A DNA stretch of 64,000 nucleotides, taken from IMG/VR virus record IMGVR_UViG_3300016476_001378. One strand, given 5' to 3'. The stretch comes from a virus (lineage: Duplodnaviria > Caudoviricetes). The notes below the pieces were generated by a model. The model was given only the letters and a program-made list of their open reading frames with translations, did not search any database and had not been told where the DNA came from. The stretch's first letter is position 1. Each line of letters begins with the position of its first letter. A program made the position numbers and the translations under genes. Shown piece after piece: positions 10,353-21,424 of the stretch.

Positions 10353-11288
10353 TTAAGATGATTCTAAGAACCTGATAGCTTCTATTGCTGCTTGGCAACC
10401 CATACCAGCTGCTGTAATAGCTTGCCTAAAGTGTCTGTCTGCTACATCACCGCAAGCGAATAGGCCTGGGACAATTGTCTTGGTAGATCCTGCCTCTGTA
10501 TCAATGTAACCGTCTTCAGCTACAACACCCAAGTGCTTCACGAGATTTGACTGTGGTTCATGGCCAATAGCCACAAAGACACCATCAATGTTCATGTTAG
10601 TATCACGAGGCTCCCTGTCCAAGCACCATGTAAGTTGAACACCTGTTACTTTGCCATCCCCAACACCTAGCACTTGTTTCACCACTGCATGCTCAATAAA
10701 TGTGATGTTCTCCGTGTTGCGGGCTCGCTGCAGCATCGTATTGCTGGCGCGGAACTTATCAGAACGATGGATGATGTAAACTTGCTTGCAGAGCTTTGCT
10801 AAGTAGGTAGCTTCTTCCATAGCGGTATCTCCACCACCCACAACAGCGACTTCCTTATTACGGTAAAAGAAGCCGTCACATGTGGCACAAGATGATACAC
10901 CTCTGCCCAACAATTCCTGTTCGCCAAAGACACCAAGCCACTTTGCCGTAGCACCTGTGGCCAAAATCACGGCCTTGTAAGCATTCGTGTCACCATTCTG
11001 GTCGGTAAGCTCGAAGTGTTGTTCTTCCCGCCGTAGTTCTGTAACATCGTGCTGCAAAAAACGTGTATCGAAGCGTTTCGCCTGGGCAGACATAGCTTCC
11101 ATCAGGTCAGGCCCCTGTATACCTTCCGCAAAGCCTGGGAAGTTGTCAACTTCTGTGGTAGTTGTGAGTTGTCCACCTTGCACAAAACCCGTGTAGAGAA
11201 TGGGGTTCAGGCCAGCACGGGCGGCATAGATGGCGGCTGTGTACCCTGCTGGGCCACTACCAATAATAGCAACATTTTCTATTTTCAT
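10353..11288 (-). CDS. trxB: Thioredoxin reductase
   Basis: IIGSGPAGYTAAIY, GGQLTTTTEVDNFPG, SCATCDG, VVGGGDTAMEEA, GLFACGDVAD..FRQAITAAG. Confidence 0.97.
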   Translation of the reverse strand: MKIENVAIIGSGPAGYTAAIYAARAGLNPILYTGFVQGGQLTTTTEVDNFPGFAEGIQGPDLMEAMSAQAKRFDTRFLQHDVTELRREEQHFELTDQNGDTNAYKAVILATGATAKWLGVFGEQELLGRGVSSCATCDGFFYRNKEVAVVGGGDTAMEEATYLAKLCKQVYIIHRSDKFRASNTMLQRARNTENITFIEHAVVKQVLGVGDGKVTGVQLTWCLDREPRDTNMNIDGVFVAIGHEPQSNLVKHLGVVAEDGYIDTEAGSTKTIVPGLFACGDVADRHFRQAITAAGMGCQAAIEAIRFLESS

Positions 11289-11297
11289 TATTACAGC

Positions 11298-11525
11298 CTA
11301 ATTAAAACAATAATACATAACGATGTCAGACAAGATTACACCTCGCTGGCGACAAATGGTGGCAAAAGCAGTTTTAAACTTTAAGCTATCTGGCAGCTCA
11401 TCATATTTAAAACCTTCACTGATAACATAATCTGCCAGACATGAGAGTTCATCATTGGTCAGCGACCGAGTTGGGGCCCCTTCACAAATTTGAGTAAATA
11501 AATCTTTGATGTACAAAATTTCCAT
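11298..11525 (-). CDS. Hypothetical protein
   Basis: 75-aa ORF; CATAAT 5 nt before ATG. Confidence 0.55.
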   Translation of the reverse strand: MEILYIKDLFTQICEGAPTRSLTNDELSCLADYVISEGFKYDELPDSLKFKTAFATICRQRGVILSDIVMYYCFN

Positions 11526-11550
11526 AGTTTATTATGTGTTTAAAAATAAC

Positions 11551-11581
11551 AAAAAGCCCCTTAGAAATTAATCTAAGGGGC
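11551..11581 (-). terminator. Intrinsic terminator
   Basis: GCCCCTTAGA/TCTAAGGGGC stem plus T-run on the minus strand. Confidence 0.7.
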
Positions 11582-11595
11582 CTCTTTTTAATTAA

Positions 11596-11895
11596 CTATG
11601 AACCATCAGGTTCAACTACATCAACTGCATTTATCCATTTTGGTCTTGTTTTCAACGCATGATACAAACAAGCTCTAAAGTCGTATGAGTACTCCATGTC
11701 AATGTCAAGCAAAGAAAAATCTTCTACAGCTCCCCAGATAGGTTGCTTGCCTTGATTTCTAGCTGCTTGCGAAACGTATAAACTCAATCTAACTGTAACT
11801 ACAGGATTATCATCGCAATGGACCAAAGCGCTGATAATTTTCCAATAGTTTCCAGAAATGCCTGATGGTAATTCTTCGTACAATTCAAAAGCCAT
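11596..11895 (-). CDS. Hypothetical phage protein
   Basis: Start trimmed to MAFEL (AAGGA SD); G....YW.I...LYVS..AR..GK.P...Y..LK...W..A.D pattern of small phage proteins. Confidence 0.65.
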   Translation of the reverse strand: MAFELYEELPSGISGNYWKIISALVHCDDNPVVTVRLSLYVSQAARNQGKQPIWGAVEDFSLLDIDMEYSYDFRACLYHALKTRPKWINAVDVVEPDGS

Positions 11896-11896
11896 T

Positions 11897-12532
11897 TTAT
11901 TTTCCTTCTTTTGGAGGCCAAGTGGTCGCCTTGCCTTCTGGCGTAACATGATAAGCATTAAAATCTATGTGCGGATATTCTTGCTGTAATTGTAAAAAAT
12001 GTGCAAGATTAGTTTTACTATCATCATAAAAATGAACTCTTCTAAAGTCATTTTCAGGATTATCTAAGTATTGGCGTAAAACTACATTTTTCTTTTGTGC
12101 TGGTAAATCATCGCCTGGAATGTTACCTGCTCTGTGCAAGTGTATTCCTTGGTCCATAGGAATACCCCAATCTTTAAATGTGTCTAAAACTGGGTCTTTG
12201 CTATCAAAGTCAGATCTCGCAGTGTTGATTATAACTTTGCTTCCAGGATACTTGCTAACATTTTGATGAACAGCTCTCATTTTTCTGAGCATGGGTTCTA
12301 TGGGTGTGCTTTCCTGATTGAATTTTTGGCTATCTCTAAATTCAGAGAAATCAAAATATTCATTGGGGCCCAAATTGTAATTATTAAAGTCTTGATTTGA
12401 AAGAGACTTTAATAATTGTCCAGTTGTTTTATCTTTAACTAGAACATTAGCTGTTGTATGAAAGAGAGTATCATCAATGTCAAAAACATGCAATGATTCT
12501 CCCATTCTGTCTTGAGAATATCTGTACCACAT
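11897..12532 (-). CDS. HAD-superfamily hydrolase with N-terminal MWYRYSQ leader
   Basis: Motif I FDIDDTLF, motif II INTARS, motif III K, motif IV FYDDS..NL. Confidence 0.8.
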   Translation of the reverse strand: MWYRYSQDRMGESLHVFDIDDTLFHTTANVLVKDKTTGQLLKSLSNQDFNNYNLGPNEYFDFSEFRDSQKFNQESTPIEPMLRKMRAVHQNVSKYPGSKVIINTARSDFDSKDPVLDTFKDWGIPMDQGIHLHRAGNIPGDDLPAQKKNVVLRQYLDNPENDFRRVHFYDDSKTNLAHFLQLQQEYPHIDFNAYHVTPEGKATTWPPKEGK

Positions 12533-12559
12533 ACACATTCTATTATAACAGCAAACAAT

Positions 12560-13666
12560 CTAAACCTTGAATAATTCTTTTAGATAAGCAAAACTCAACT
12601 TAGGTCTGTATTCTTTGATTTCAGACCAATTTACACCTTTTTGAAGCATCATACTCTCAACGTATCTTCGGGCGCAAGCTGCGTTATACAGGGCCCTATT
12701 TCGGCATCTTTTAACCTTGCTAGGGTTTACACCGTAGGTATAAATCTTTTGTATTCTGCCCTTCCAGAATAAAGGCAAGTCTTCTAGTAAACATTTATAA
12801 TCTACCCCATTTGGATCAACTGCATAATGGTGTTCAATCATTGGATTTATCCACACTCTATTTTCATGCCTTCTGGAAGCGCAATAATCTATTTCTATCT
12901 CATAATCCCAAAAGCCATAAGGAATCATAATAGGTGGAACATCATTTGTGTCATACATAAAGGATACAAATGTGTAGCCGTCAAAATGTGTACACAATTG
13001 TTTTACAGGCAGAAAGATTTTTGCCACAGGTGATTGGCAGCTTACGTCTAACCAGTCTGCTCTAGGAATAAAAGCATCTCCATAAGAGTAATCAAACCAC
13101 CAGCTCCTAAACAGAGCTTTATTAACAATCATTACACCTTCTGCTCTGCTGGTGTAATAACTGCCAACGCCATTGCTGTGATACTGATAATTAAATCCTG
13201 GGAAGTTCATAATCCAAGAGCAATTATCTTGGAAGTGACTATAGACAGCCCCTTTGTACATTTCATCACATTCTTCTAGGGCCGCTATTAATTTATTTAA
13301 TTGATTATGATTTGCAGCCACATAAGGATGGTCATGATTGCCAGCATACCAAATTAAATCATCTTCTATGTTGTCTAATTTGTTTATAGCTTCTTGCCAT
13401 TGGCTTTGAAAGGCATTTCTTGTTTTATAAAGTTCAGCTTCTGGGAAAATAAGAAGTATTTTTTGATAATATTCTTCTTGGTTTTCAATTTCAGGATCTA
13501 ATTCACAATAAATAATTACTTTAGACCACTGTATAGTTTTGTAACTTTCTAAAGTATAAAGGAAAATTTCTTGTTTAGAATAATTTGGTAAATTATATCT
13601 ATAATTTGGCATACCCAAGGGACTTGGTGAGCCTTCTTGTAAATAAACATTGATAAATAATAGCAT
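12560..13666 (-). CDS. Hypothetical protein, possibly glycosyltransferase-like
   Basis: Start trimmed to MLLFINV; Trp/Tyr-rich, NHDH motif; function uncertain. Confidence 0.55.
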   Translation of the reverse strand: MLLFINVYLQEGSPSPLGMPNYRYNLPNYSKQEIFLYTLESYKTIQWSKVIIYCELDPEIENQEEYYQKILLIFPEAELYKTRNAFQSQWQEAINKLDNIEDDLIWYAGNHDHPYVAANHNQLNKLIAALEECDEMYKGAVYSHFQDNCSWIMNFPGFNYQYHSNGVGSYYTSRAEGVMIVNKALFRSWWFDYSYGDAFIPRADWLDVSCQSPVAKIFLPVKQLCTHFDGYTFVSFMYDTNDVPPIMIPYGFWDYEIEIDYCASRRHENRVWINPMIEHHYAVDPNGVDYKCLLEDLPLFWKGRIQKIYTYGVNPSKVKRCRNRALYNAACARRYVESMMLQKGVNWSEIKEYRPKLSFAYLKELFKV

Positions 13667-13673
13667 TATAATC

Positions 13674-13795
13674 AAAAAGAGGGCGAGTGGGCTTTTACCC
13701 ACGGCGTTTCAAGAGTACCACTCTTTTGAGTTGTGTGACCCGGTATTTCGCCCTCTCCCTTCCTAGTTGGAAGTCCTCAGATTATCAATCCTCGT
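13674..13795 (-). ncRNA. Candidate structured non-coding RNA
   Basis: GC-rich intergenic island. 9-bp closing stem AGAGGGCGA/TCGCCCTCT followed by a T-run, with internal hairpins. Confidence 0.45.
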
Positions 13796-13835
13796 ATTAT
13801 TACTTGTACAGATTTTCAACGCGATTGACAATCTG

Positions 13836-15155
13836 TTATATTATCTGTTCTAATCGCCCAGTTGAATCACCAATTTTTTCTTGTGGGATGCCTATTTTAT
13901 CTGTCATAGATAAAAATAGATTAGTCATTGGTGTACCATTATTAAATTTGTAATCTTTCCCAGATTTGATTTTGCCACCAGCATGACCTGCTACAAGAAT
14001 AGGAAGATCGTCGTGGTTATGTCTATCCCCGTCACAAATACCTGCGCCATAAACAACCATAGAGTTTTCCAACAAAGTTCTATCGCCTTCTTTGATGGAA
14101 TTCATTTTATCTAAAATGTATGCTAATTGTGTTGTATGGAAGGTATTTATTTTTCTCAAAGCTTCGAGCTTTTCTGGATTCCTTTGATGGTGGGACATTT
14201 CATGGTGTCCATCATTTACTCCAATCATTTTGTAAGCTCTATTTGAGCCTTCATTCGCAAACATAAATGTAGCAACTCTGGTGGAGTCTGTTTGAAAAGC
14301 TAGAACCATTAAATCGCCAAGAAGCTTGATGTGTTCTTCATAATCTGATGGAATCCCCTGGAGATTTTTAAGCTGTTTATAATCTGTAGATTCAGAAGTC
14401 ATCTTATTAGAAAATGCTATTCTTCTTTCAATCTCTCTGATACCAGTCATGTATTCATCTAGTTTAGCTTGATCTGTGCGCCCTAATTTTTTATTTAAAA
14501 TCTTAGCATCTTCCATGATAAAATCAAGAATGGATTTATCTTCTTGCATTCTCATAGCCCTTGAGATTGCACTCTCATTGGTATCGCCTTGGAATAGTCT
14601 TTCAAATAACAATTTGGGGTCAACTTCTTTAGCTACAGGTGTGCTTTCTGACCTCCAAGAGATAGAGTTAGAATAAGCACAAGAATAGCCCGAGTCACAG
14701 TCGCCCGCCAACCCACCTCTTTCACAACCAATTTCAATAGAGGCGAATCTTGTTTTGTCACCAATTTCGCGAGCAATGATTTGGTCAATAGAAATGCCAG
14801 ATTTAATATTGGCCCCTGAGGTTTTTCTTGGATGACAGCCTGTAAGCCAAGCAGCAGCAGATCTTGCATGGTCTCCAGGACCATCGCCAAGAGGGAAGGC
14901 ATTCTTTTGTGTCAAGCCTGACAAGACACTAAAATGACTTCTCAAGCTAGATAAAGGCTGTAAAGTAGAAGGCAGTGTTGAATTGCTTGGTATCCAATGT
15001 TCCATGTTGATACCATTTGGAACAAAGATAAATGCTGTTCTAATAGGGGCCTGAGGTGCGGAAGCATAGGCGCTATCAGGCATGATAGATTCCAAGAAAG
15101 GGAGTGCTAAAGTTACACCAAGGCCTTTCAAAACTGTTCTTCTACTTAAATACAT
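13836..15155 (-). CDS. DUF1552 domain protein with Tat-type N-terminus
   Basis: SRRTVLKGLGVTLALPFLES; R.AF..VPNG; GPGDHAR; SIDQ.IA; CDSGYSCAYSNSISW; P...FERLF; LAFQTD.TRV.TF; HHEMSHH; EGDRTLLENS; H.H.DLP. Confidence 0.9.
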   Translation of the reverse strand: MYLSRRTVLKGLGVTLALPFLESIMPDSAYASAPQAPIRTAFIFVPNGINMEHWIPSNSTLPSTLQPLSSLRSHFSVLSGLTQKNAFPLGDGPGDHARSAAAWLTGCHPRKTSGANIKSGISIDQIIAREIGDKTRFASIEIGCERGGLAGDCDSGYSCAYSNSISWRSESTPVAKEVDPKLLFERLFQGDTNESAISRAMRMQEDKSILDFIMEDAKILNKKLGRTDQAKLDEYMTGIREIERRIAFSNKMTSESTDYKQLKNLQGIPSDYEEHIKLLGDLMVLAFQTDSTRVATFMFANEGSNRAYKMIGVNDGHHEMSHHQRNPEKLEALRKINTFHTTQLAYILDKMNSIKEGDRTLLENSMVVYGAGICDGDRHNHDDLPILVAGHAGGKIKSGKDYKFNNGTPMTNLFLSMTDKIGIPQEKIGDSTGRLEQII

Positions 15156-15616
15156 TAGTTCACCTTGAATAAAGTTTCAAACTTTTCTTTTGGTATGACC
15201 ATCAATAAACCATTAGCAACGCAAACATAATCGCCAAATTTTAATGGGATCATGTAAGGACTATTAACTACAACTTTATTGATGCCATAATATCTGACAA
15301 TTGCAGATGGAGTATTTTTCTTAAAGATGCCATGGTTGCCTTCTCTTCGAAGAAAGTTTAAATTATAACTGCTAGTAAATTCTTTGACATTAGTAGTTTT
15401 GTATGTAGTTTTATCTTCCAAAGAACGATTGCTGTAATAAAATTCTTCGGTTGCCTGACCCATTTCATCAAAGATTTGTGTTAGTTTATATTCGCATAAA
15501 TCTTGATACATTTTGCCCTTCTTTTCAATAAGAGGGACAAAATGTTCGCACATCTTAGCGTATGAAATTAATTCTTTGCTACAATAAACTCTAAATAAAG
15601 TTTTTAATTTTTCCAT
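15155..15616 (-). CDS. Hypothetical protein
   Basis: 153-aa ORF with a 1-nt overlap with the DUF1552 gene; GAGG SD. Confidence 0.6.
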   Translation of the reverse strand: MEKLKTLFRVYCSKELISYAKMCEHFVPLIEKKGKMYQDLCEYKLTQIFDEMGQATEEFYYSNRSLEDKTTYKTTNVKEFTSSYNLNFLRREGNHGIFKKNTPSAIVRYYGINKVVVNSPYMIPLKFGDYVCVANGLLMVIPKEKFETLFKVN

Positions 15617-15660
15617 TCCACGCCTCGCTACCCAATGACTTTGTGATAGATCAAATTAGG

Positions 15661-18468
15661 TTAGAATTTAAAGCCAAACTTGGCCGCAGCTGTGTAATTT
15701 GCACTATTGGCTGCAGAACGATTATTGCTGTAAGTTCCTGTCAAACTGAAAGAGAATCTCTCTCCACTATTGTGTGTAAATCCTAAGGAATAAATTTCTA
15801 ATTCTCTAGATGATGAACCTGAGAAAAATTGATTTTTGTATTCGCTAATTAGGTTACTAGTACCAAATCTCCAACCTAACTTTAATCCTGTTTCATTATA
15901 CAGTGGAGAGCCTCCAGCCTTAACAATGACATCAGTTGGTGTCCCCTTTAAATATTCAACACTAGAATAAGTACCTGATAATTCAAGGTTATTAAATCTG
16001 GTAGCAAAGCCGTAACCACGCTTTTCAACCGTACTCAAAGTTCCAGGCTTTATTGGATCGTCAGGGTTTAAGATGTAATTGCCTTGCAAGGCCAATCCCT
16101 TAATTGCATTGACTTGCACCACTGTATTTGTAGTATCACTATTTAACAAAGGATTATTGTCTGTAGATTCTCTCATTTTGACAGAAGAATCAACTTTAAA
16201 TAGTGTTTTATTTGTACCGAAAGCTGCGCGATAATCTCTCACATCAATTCTTTGGGCCCCATTTGATGAAGTTGAAACTGCTGTTTGCAAAGTTGCTGTA
16301 GGCAAATTATAAGAGAATGAATGCTTCACAGATGAAAAAGTTCTGTCATTGATAGTGTTTTCTTGCTGTTCAGTTGTTAAAGTTATGTTCTTTGAAGGAA
16401 CAAGATTAACGCCTAGCCCAGTTTTAGTTTCTACTATATTCCCGTTCTCACTGTTATAGTTATTAACAGAAACTCCAACAGATGTGCCTCGACCCCAAAT
16501 TGGCGTAGAAACACTCACTGCATTATCTTTGACATCATGATTAGTGTTAGCGGTTTGTGTTGAGCTTTGATTTGCAGAAGCAACAACATTTGCAGAACCT
16601 ACTACACTTTGAATCTTAAACTTATCAGCTACACTATTTGTATCAATTTTGTTTTGTGTGGAATCTGTATTTGTTCTTTGAAATTCAAAACCTGGTGAAC
16701 GCTTTTTAGCAGGAGCTGCAAAACTAAATCTTTGTTGGTCAATTTTACCTGTTGTTTTATCAGAGCCAACAAGATCAGAGCTAATTGATTCAAGATTAAA
16801 CAAACCGGGGCCCAATTTTAAAGAAACATTGCCAGAGTCAGACATCACAGTATTGTTTTTGCCATCAGGAGTGTATGTTTCCGTGGTTCCTGTGCGAATT
16901 GTAAGGTTAGCGCCACCAACAAGGGATTTAACCTCTGTAAGCTCGTTAGAAGAGCCCACAAGCACACCCTTGTCATTTCGTTTTATGTTTTCATTTATTG
17001 TAAACTTTGCTACAGGCACAGATTTGGTAGATGGCAAAGAGAACAATAAGTTCTGTTCACTAACATCTTTTCTGTCAGTACCATTGACATTTGAATCAAC
17101 CTTGTTGAAGTTAAAACTAAATTGGGTTTTATTTAAACTCGCAGAAAAAGAACCTTTATCATTGATTGAATTAATAACTGTGTTATTTGTAGTGGTATCA
17201 TTCTCTACGCGCCCAAAATCAACTCCACCAAAACCATGTTTATTACCTTTAAATCCAAGATTATAAACTCTTTGGTCGGTTTGTATTGACCTGCTACCAA
17301 TTTGTGTATTAGTTTGATTTGACGCAAAACCCAATGTGCCACCAGATAATTTAGTATTGTAATTAACAGTATCTGTAACAGTGTCTATTTGGCCTGTTTT
17401 CGGATCTTGTTTGCTGTCAGTGGTACGATTGAATTTCAATTGTGGCAAGCTTGCAGACAAAACATTTTGATTAGTTACAGTTCGTGTTTTATTAGATGTA
17501 ACATCACTAGAAGTTGTTTTGTAGGCTAAATCTAAGGCCCCAAATTTTGAATTTAAATTACCATTCTCGCTACGATTAGAAGAAAATACACCCTTGGCGT
17601 CTGTGCCTTGTTGATCATTGACAGAATAATTTAAAAGGGGCTTATTCCCACCACCAAACTTAAAAGCAGCATTTTGAGTAGTATTTTCTACAGAACTATT
17701 TAAGCTCTTATTATCGTTAAAGTTAAATATTAAACTGCTATCTTTACTCGGGCTAAATTTTCCATTCAGAGAAGACACCTCGGAAGAGTCTGTTGTACCA
17801 AAACTCTTACTGTATGGAGAGAACCCTTTCCCGCCACGTTGGTAGGCTGCATTTAAGCCATTGGTATTATTGCCTGTTGCATAACCTAGCTTAACAGCAC
17901 TTTGATTCGTTAAGTTTGTTTGCCCTGTAACATTTGGGGCTAAATACAATTCACTATTTAAACCACCAGCTCTAGAAGCATAATTTAAAACAGTGGCAGG
18001 TGCTGTATTCATGCTGCTACTTGGGAATGTTGTTAATTGTAGATTCTTCACACCTAGGGCGGCCAATTTAAAAGTCAAAGGAGCTGTTAAAGCTGGATTG
18101 GAGTTCTTAGTAGCAGACTCTGGATAATAACTATAATTAACCTTGACAACTTGTGTTCTTTTGATTAGTTGGTTAAAAGTTATTTCACCCTTTTCTAGAT
18201 TGATAGAGTAATCGCTAGTTCGCAGGGGCAAATCATCAACAGTTACCCAGACAGGATAACCTGGTGCTAAGATGAAGTTTCTCCAAGAAAGAACATAAGG
18301 CCCCTTTTTATCTTGACCTAAAAAACTATCAGCTGTCCGATCAGGCTCTGAAAGATTAGACAAGGTTTTAGGAACCCTATTAATTTGTTGAAATAAGGGG
18401 GTTTGTTGTGCGAAGCTGGTCGCACTCATAAATATTATAATAGTAGTAATTGAAAGTTTAGAAAACAT
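15661..18468 (-). CDS. Large secreted, probable outer-membrane beta-rich protein
   Basis: Signal peptide (SFA|QQ), amphipathic beta-strand periodicity, C-terminal KFGFKF; start trimmed to MFSKL (AGGGGG SD). Confidence 0.7.
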   Translation of the reverse strand: MFSKLSITTIIIFMSATSFAQQTPLFQQINRVPKTLSNLSEPDRTADSFLGQDKKGPYVLSWRNFILAPGYPVWVTVDDLPLRTSDYSINLEKGEITFNQLIKRTQVVKVNYSYYPESATKNSNPALTAPLTFKLAALGVKNLQLTTFPSSSMNTAPATVLNYASRAGGLNSELYLAPNVTGQTNLTNQSAVKLGYATGNNTNGLNAAYQRGGKGFSPYSKSFGTTDSSEVSSLNGKFSPSKDSSLIFNFNDNKSLNSSVENTTQNAAFKFGGGNKPLLNYSVNDQQGTDAKGVFSSNRSENGNLNSKFGALDLAYKTTSSDVTSNKTRTVTNQNVLSASLPQLKFNRTTDSKQDPKTGQIDTVTDTVNYNTKLSGGTLGFASNQTNTQIGSRSIQTDQRVYNLGFKGNKHGFGGVDFGRVENDTTTNNTVINSINDKGSFSASLNKTQFSFNFNKVDSNVNGTDRKDVSEQNLLFSLPSTKSVPVAKFTINENIKRNDKGVLVGSSNELTEVKSLVGGANLTIRTGTTETYTPDGKNNTVMSDSGNVSLKLGPGLFNLESISSDLVGSDKTTGKIDQQRFSFAAPAKKRSPGFEFQRTNTDSTQNKIDTNSVADKFKIQSVVGSANVVASANQSSTQTANTNHDVKDNAVSVSTPIWGRGTSVGVSVNNYNSENGNIVETKTGLGVNLVPSKNITLTTEQQENTINDRTFSSVKHSFSYNLPTATLQTAVSTSSNGAQRIDVRDYRAAFGTNKTLFKVDSSVKMRESTDNNPLLNSDTTNTVVQVNAIKGLALQGNYILNPDDPIKPGTLSTVEKRGYGFATRFNNLELSGTYSSVEYLKGTPTDVIVKAGGSPLYNETGLKLGWRFGTSNLISEYKNQFFSGSSSRELEIYSLGFTHNSGERFSFSLTGTYSNNRSAANSANYTAAAKFGFKF

Positions 18469-18496
18469 GACAAACCCCCTATTAATATTATAGTAC

Positions 18497-18529
18497 AAAA
18501 AAGAGGGGCCCTGTACTAGAGCCCCTCTT
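18497..18529 (-). terminator. Intrinsic terminator after dnaK
   Basis: AAGAGGGGC/GCCCCTCTT stem plus T-run on the minus strand. Confidence 0.7.
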
Positions 18530-18545
18530 AATTCTGAGATAATTA

Positions 18546-20381
<1,836 letters not shown>

Positions 20382-20436
20382 TTACATTAAATAATACAAG
20401 AAAGTTCAGAAATTTTCGTAACTTTGAAACAAAAAT

Positions 20437-20459
20437 AAAAGGGGGATGTTCCCCCTTTT
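20437..20459. terminator. Intrinsic terminator
   Basis: AAAAGGGGGA-TGT-TCCCCCTTTT. Confidence 0.75.
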
Positions 20460-20467
20460 ATTAGAAA

Positions 20468-20824
20468 TTACTTGACTGGAGGTTGAGCTTCGCGATTACC
20501 GCGTCCGCCGCCCTGTCCGCGGCCAGCTGCACCATCTACACCACCACGAGCATCAGCTGCAGGGAGTTCTGCCTTAGCAACAAGCTTAAGGCCATCTGCT
20601 GAATACTGATAAAGGGTGCTGCCACGAAGTACATAAACGTAGCGATCACTTGCTGCTACAGAAGCACTGCCTGCTCCACCACGAAGACCCTGGCCGCCAC
20701 CTTGACCTTGTCCAAAAGCTGGGCGGCCTTCTGGACCACCAAAGCCGCCAGGAACTGGCGCCTGTGCGAAAAGTGCTGTTGCAACAGCCGATACAGCTAC
20801 GACTGAAAGAATCATGCGATTCAT
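20468..20824 (-). CDS. Small secreted Gly-rich protein
   Basis: AAGGAG SD; signal peptide (LFA|QAP); core SVAASDRYVYVLRGSTLYQYS...L......LP between Gly-rich tracts. Confidence 0.8.
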   Translation of the reverse strand: MNRMILSVVAVSAVATALFAQAPVPGGFGGPEGRPAFGQGQGGGQGLRGGAGSASVAASDRYVYVLRGSTLYQYSADGLKLVAKAELPAADARGGVDGAAGRGQGGGRGNREAQPPVK

Positions 20825-20889
20825 GTTTTTAATTCTCCTTGAATTGATTTCAAGATAATTATCTAACAAATTAAACGCATTCAGTACAG

Positions 20890-21390
20890 TTATTTACTTA
20901 CTTTGAAAAATAAATAACAAGAGGCCCCTTCTTTTGTTTGATCTGTCATTAAGGGCTTATCGTAATCGTAGCCACTATCATCTACAAAGCTCTCCATAGA
21001 CTTGAATCCAAGAGCTTCTAGCTTTGGCATAAGATCTTCTTCTGTATTCCAATGAGTTTCTCTAGGTATTACTTTCCTGCCCATCTTGGAAGAAAAACTA
21101 TGTCTATGTGCGGGGTTGAATCTTGAGGGCCACAAGCATTTCTCGTACAAGCTGAAATCTGGAACCACTGCAATAAATGTGCCGCCTGGCTTGAGGATAC
21201 GATAAATGTTCTCAAATAAAAAATTAAAATCATCAAGTTTTTGCAAACATTTATCAACAACGACCATGTCTGCAATCTCATTATTTAATTCGTAAAATTT
21301 ATTGAGTGAATCAAATTTAATATTGATAAAATAATTTTCATCACCACTCTCAAAACTTGTTTCCCCAATATACAAACCTAATTTACTCAT
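20890..21390 (-). CDS. Class I SAM methyltransferase-like protein
   Basis: IYRILKPGGTFIAVVPD...N.AH.HSF; motif I looks degenerate; start trimmed to MSKLG. Confidence 0.6.
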   Translation of the reverse strand: MSKLGLYIGETSFESGDENYFINIKFDSLNKFYELNNEIADMVVVDKCLQKLDDFNFLFENIYRILKPGGTFIAVVPDFSLYEKCLWPSRFNPAHRHSFSSKMGRKVIPRETHWNTEEDLMPKLEALGFKSMESFVDDSGYDYDKPLMTDQTKEGASCYLFFKVSK

Positions 21391-21424
21391 AAAATAACCT
21401 CTCTTCAATTGTACAATTTAGAAT

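Noticed and set aside
13678-13756. tRNA-Sec or other true tRNA (9-bp stem, internal TCA)
   Set aside because: No paired anticodon stem, D-arm or TTC loop
13745-13781. Hammerhead-like CTGAGGA followed by a hairpin (minus strand)
   Set aside because: The stem is followed by GGAG rather than GAAA, and stems I and III are not evident
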